Virus record (IMG/VR): IMGVR_UViG_3300020045_019002
Location: 1-36,983 of that record
Length of the DNA: 36,983 nucleotides
Reading direction: 5' to 3' (one strand)
Source: a virus
Taxonomy: Duplodnaviria; Caudoviricetes
Shown: positions 35,489-36,983 of the stretch, in pieces
Layout: each line of letters begins with the position of its first letter
Numbering within the stretch: the first letter of the stretch is position 1
Notes under the pieces: model-generated
Seen by the model: the letters and a program-made list of their open reading frames with translations, nothing else
Databases searched by the model: none
Told to the model about the DNA's origin: nothing
Position numbers and translations under genes: made by a program

Positions 35489-36881
35489 CTATGCTTGGAA
35501 TCCGCACTTAAACCATACCCATTCAACTGCTCCAGGTGCTACCGCTGCATGAGTTAGCCTAAAGAACGGAACTATAACGTCCGCATTATCAAATGTATAA
35601 GCGCGTGGGGCTGTTGGAGCAACACCATTAATCGTTGCAGTTACAACGCCAGCTGCCGATACTAAAATTCTAAGCGTGTTTATAGTTCCATCACCACCCC
35701 AGTTATCTGTGGTATTAGTGATCGTCTGTCCACCGCTATTCAGCTCGTCAAAGATAACAATTTGTGTAGCTGATGTAGCCGCATTCATGCCCATTGCATA
35801 GTAGTCTGTGTAGTTAGCAAATGTTGCATTATTGGCTTCGGTTTTTCTAAATCCAAAAATGTAAGGATCTGCGCCAGACATATCTGCAATACGGAATCTC
35901 CACTCGCAGAAAAATGCCGCGGATGTTCCCACAGTGAATGCTAGTCTTGAGTTATCCCTTGCAGCACCGAAGTTGTATTCAGCACCTTCTAAAACGGTTA
36001 GATCAAGAGCTACGTTCAATCCATTGGCAGTCATTCTCGGAGCTATAATAGTTTGACCAGCGCCTAAAATGAACTGTTCCATGATCAGGCCATCTTGGCA
36101 AATCATGAGGTTAACATCGCCAGTTGCGCCTGTTGGTGCTACGCCAGTTGTTGCATTTGACTGCAGAATTGGCGATTGCCTAAACGTTATAAAATCACCA
36201 CTGCTTGTGACAAACTCACAGGTGGCTTCTTTAATCGTTCCCGTCATTGTTGTGCGACCTGTACCCGATTGGATTACAGTTGCCGATGCCCCTACTGTTG
36301 AACCAAGTGTTGTTGTATGGGCAGTTGCAGTAGCGCCAAAACTAGCCGCTCCTGTTCCCACATCCACTACAACACTTGTTGCTCCGTTGTTATTTCCGAG
36401 GGTTAATGTTCTAGCAGCCGCGCCCGTTCCCACATTAATATTTTGCGCCACCGCATCATTACCAATATTAATCACTGCCGCTGAAGAATTGAGCGACAAG
36501 ATCCCGCTACAGTCAATATCTAGTGTTCCAGCGGTTACGCTGATTGTAGAATTATCGTCAGCGTTGATGCTGAAGTTAGCATCCGAATCAATTGTGATAA
36601 TACCTGCTGTTGATGAACCAATAGTTACAGCGCCCGTGCTTGTGCCATCATTGATCGTGACAGCTGCATTGACGTTATTGTTGATAGCTACGATAGCATC
36701 AATATTAAGCGTGGTAAGAGCATCAGCATTACCTAGATTTGCCGTCTTTGTGCCCGTTCCCGTCATGACATTTAATGCCATTGTTCCGGCTGCTCTATTG
36801 CCTGTTGCAATCTCTGTAGTATGAGTTCCTGATGTTACAGCGCCAGTTGCTACATTTGTGAGTACTTGGCCTGTTGTGACA
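35489..36881 (-). CDS. Tail fibre/spike protein, 3' part (true 5' end not at this edge)
   Basis: Thr/Ala/Gly-rich beta repeats (INIGNDAVAQNINVGTGAAARTLTLGN) and a globular C-terminal domain. The track's start at 36952 lies in duplicated sequence. Confidence 0.75.
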
Positions 36882-36983
36882 CCACCAGTACCACAAATAT
36901 AACCTATTCCGTTGACTAAGGCCTGAGAAGCTATAATATACTGCCATGACAAAGAAGAACCAGCTATTCCTATAGTGATCGAT
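36882..36983. repeat. Exact 102-nt copy of 33878-33979 at the window end
   Basis: CCACCAGTACCACAAAT...TATAGTGATCGAT is identical at both places. Confidence 0.95.

Noticed and set aside
36069-36824. 251-aa plus-strand ORF (also 44-409, 32990-33298, 33617-33898, 34563-34823)
   Set aside because: Antisense shadows of Thr/Ala/Gly-rich fibre genes that have few Leu codons. They show long shadow ORFs can arise by composition, but that explanation does not fit the Leu/Ser-rich LAGLIDADG genes.
33878-36983. Duplication as a DGR template/variable repeat or a terminal repeat proving circularity
   Set aside because: The copies are identical with no adenine-specific differences, there is no reverse transcriptase, and the match is internal rather than to position 1.

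Overview
The window looks like a nearly complete, probably circularly opened ~37-kb genome of a tailed dsDNA phage with podovirus/P22-like architecture. The minus strand carries TerS, TerL, portal, scaffold, an N4-gp56-like major capsid protein, adaptor, tail/nozzle, ejection and fibre proteins. The plus strand carries a Bet/YqaJ recombination module and an initiator/DnaC replication module. There are also an SF2 helicase, RusA, tRNA-Thr(TGT), an outer-membrane beta-barrel moron and many small membrane/coiled-coil ORFs. The most unusual content is three self-splicing insertions, each hiding its homing endonuclease in a different reading frame from the host gene. (i) Two group I introns split the capsid gene (spliced product 317 aa). 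Each encodes a double-motif LAGLIDADG endonuclease on the ANTISENSE strand with its own promoter-like element, while the intron sense strand stays stop-free for about 1 kb and in frame with the next exon. (ii) A 333-aa intein in TerL has a central region overprinted by a 224-aa HNH/zinc-finger endonuclease in a shifted frame. I found no intact integrase, CI repressor or endolysin. A chlamydial host is a recollection-based guess that needs a database check. All assignments were made by eye, without searches.
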